The translations under genes were made by a program, and so were the position numbers. Below the pieces are notes generated by a model. It ran no database searches, was not told where the DNA came from, and saw nothing but the letters and a program-made list of their open reading frames with translations. From Euglena gracilis (Eukaryota), in assembly GCA_039621445.1 (NCBI GenBank), contig CP154954.1:37309703-37373702 (forward strand): a stretch of 64,000 nt of DNA, read 5' to 3'. Of this stretch, positions 1 through 64,000 are shown piece after piece (within the stretch, counting starts at the first letter, position 1; the number at the start of each line of letters is the position of its first letter).

Positions 1-318
1 TGGGGGGACCCTCGCTCGGGTCCCCCCATGTTTTTAACCCTAGTTGGGCGACTCTTTGGGTTCGCTGTGTACCCTGTAGAGGGAAATATAGCAACGATGA
101 GCGGGACGGTTGCAACCATTGGGGATGAAATCTTGACCCTAACCCTACTCCTTCTAATAACCTCAGAAATTCTCTCGGTATAAGAATATTTTTGAAAAAA
201 AATATTTATGAACAAGTGCATTCCTCCGTAAGAAAAAAACAAACAAGCAGAATCAAGAACAATGAACCATGCTAACAAACCCCAAAAAAACTTGCAACTG
301 AAACTTGAATGCATGTAC

Positions 319-678
319 GTAGGAGGAGGACCGAGATCCTCCTCGAACGTCGTTCGAGGTCGTTCGAGGAGGATCAAAATCCTCCTCGAACGTCGTTCGA
401 GGTCGTTCGAGGAGGATCAAAATCCTCCTCAAACGTCGTTCGAGGTCGTTCGAGGAGGATCAAAATCCTCCTCAAATGTCGTTCGAGGTGGTTCGAGGAG
501 GATCGAAATCCTCCTCGAATGTCGTTCGAGGTCATTCGAGGAGGATCAAAATCCTCCTCGAATGTCGTCCGAGGTCGTTCGAGGAGGATTTTAAGCCCCC
601 CCCCCCTCGAAGAGGGGGGGGCTTAAAAACGTTCGAGGAGGTTCGAGCGCGAACGTTCGAGCTCGAACCTCCTCCTAC
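319..678. mobile_element. MITE-like element with an internal 43-bp hairpin tandem array
   Basis: 11-bp TIR GTAGGAGGAGG/CCTCCTCCTAC; ~6 copies of AATCCTCCTCGAACGTCGTTCGAGGTCGTTCGAGGAGGATCAA (~335-591). Confidence 0.6.
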
Positions 679-1035
679 TGTTACCCCCCCAAGTTGGCCC
701 CAACAGGCCAGGGGGCCAACTTTGGGGGAAGAGCATGTTGACCCCAACAAGGGGGCAACAAGCTGGGGCCAACAAACAACATTTCTTCGGACATGATGTG
801 GCTTGGGAAAGTACATATTGCAGTGGTCTCCCGGATCTGATTCCGCTTCGGTGGCCACGCAGTGACCCACACAAACAAGGGCTGTCACTGTGTGGCGGTC
901 AGTGTCAGGATGGCAGCAGTGGCCTCCCACCCCAAACAGCACAGGATGGCCTTGGGTGGACCAGAGCATAGCTTTACGGGTCCAACCATCAGCTCCCCCT
1001 CCCCAACGTCTGCAAATCCCAGGCAGGGGTGGGAC

Positions 1036-62825
<61,790 letters not shown>

Positions 62826-64000
62826 GAGGCTCTCAGAATCACTGACAAGTCAGCGAGTGAAAAGCCCATCTGAAAACCCCAGAACAGAACAAGTCAGCGG
62901 AACCGCCGGAAGGCTGAAGGAAAGACTGAGGGGGGGGGGGGCAATCAACTGGAACCCTGGACTCTGATTGTGGCACTGAATAAGCTCACAAATAAAGCCC
63001 AAAAAGGCAGCACCTCGAAATGACACTGCACAGCCTGCCCCTTAGCACTTCGTGGACCCCTCGACACCGCGCCAATGATTGGTTGGCCCGAGATAAATCT
63101 TTGTGAATCGAAGAACACATCCACCAACACCATTTTAAAAATCACCCACTCCCTCCAAAGGGAAAACCTTCACATTATTGACAAGAATGCGATGGGGTGG
63201 TTGGAGTTGTCCTCCCGAAGCCCAGCAGTGCTCCCTCCCAGATCCACCATGCTGAAGTTCGGCCGGTCGTCTCTGCTTTGACCACTGGCGCACTTCACAC
63301 GGCGCACACTTCACACAGTGGCAAGCGACGGAGGAAGGCGAAGTCAGTGATGGCATTGCCCGAAATACACGTCCAGACAACAGGAGAGGGGAAGTGTTTC
63401 CATGGTTCCCAAAGTGGGGGACAAACATGGAAATGCAACGGTGTTTTGGTCTCACGTCTGCTGCGAAAAGATAATGGGCAACAGGGGTGGGGGGATGATT
63501 GTCCATTCAAATTGTGACTGCCTGGAAAAGACGGACAAATTAAAAGACAAACAAAAAAATCAGAGATAAAAAAAAAGCGATGAAAATAATGAGATCACAA
63601 AAAGTGATGAAGTGCATTTGTGCTTCAGGATTTGTTGACCACCTGGAGAGGGCTGGACTGAAGTTTTTTGTGCAAAAATGGGCCGGCTTTTTCGGGGTTC
63701 AACAGGTCCACAGCAAAGCCTCCTGAAAAAGAAAGTTTTTTTTCGGGCTTTTCTCGTCTTGCTGAGTTTCCTGCTTAAAAATTGCGACCATTCCAGGATT
63801 TTCTTCCCTCCCGGAAGACACCCCACCAGGGGAGATTCCAGCTGGTGGGTGTGCGGCCGCATCCAGTGGAACCGCAGGCTGACTGACCCAGCCAGGGAGG
63901 GGGTGGGCTGGATGGTGTGTCCGCTGGGAATGCAACCGCCTGGCTGGCTGGCGGCGGCATCCGGCTGGGGGGAAGGGTGCCAGTGGCCGGGCAGCGGCCG

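Noticed and set aside
335-591. CRISPR array
   Set aside because: Palindromic repeats are head-to-tail with near-identical loops, no unique spacers and no cas-like ORFs; eukaryotic context
262-796. Plus-strand repetitive ORFs
   Set aside because: Stop-free read-through of the 43-bp tandem repeat

Overview
Eukaryotic, GC-rich, repeat-laden DNA that behaves like a euglenid (Euglena-type) nuclear locus. Almost the whole window appears to be one, possibly two, giant minus-strand gene(s) cut into more than 60 short exons. Read from high to low coordinates, the product has a Pro/Ser/Arg-rich disordered region (~64-53 kb), a PDZ domain (52.6-51.1 kb), a low-complexity linker and a very long Ala/Glu/Gln/Arg/Leu coiled coil (38.9-1.0 kb). 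Most introns I could resolve are not GT-AG. They are euglenid-type nonconventional introns with Y|R...Y|R junctions and complementary ends, with intron positions +4..+6 pairing to -8..-6. Applying that rule restores the reading frame at more than a dozen junctions and reveals hidden 30-32-nt micro-exons. A minority of introns are canonical GT-AG. The introns are filled with microsatellites, MITEs and decayed DNA transposons: a 4.4-kb (TA)n-inserted TIR element with telomere-like subterminal repeats, a piggyBac-like element, a hAT remnant and a foldback element. Several of these elements carry their own family of dispersed palindromes, some with co-varying arms. No rRNA, tRNA, CRISPR array or prokaryotic operon is supported. 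Most ORFs in the supplied track are shadows of exons or microsatellites. Exon limits marked ~ are approximate.
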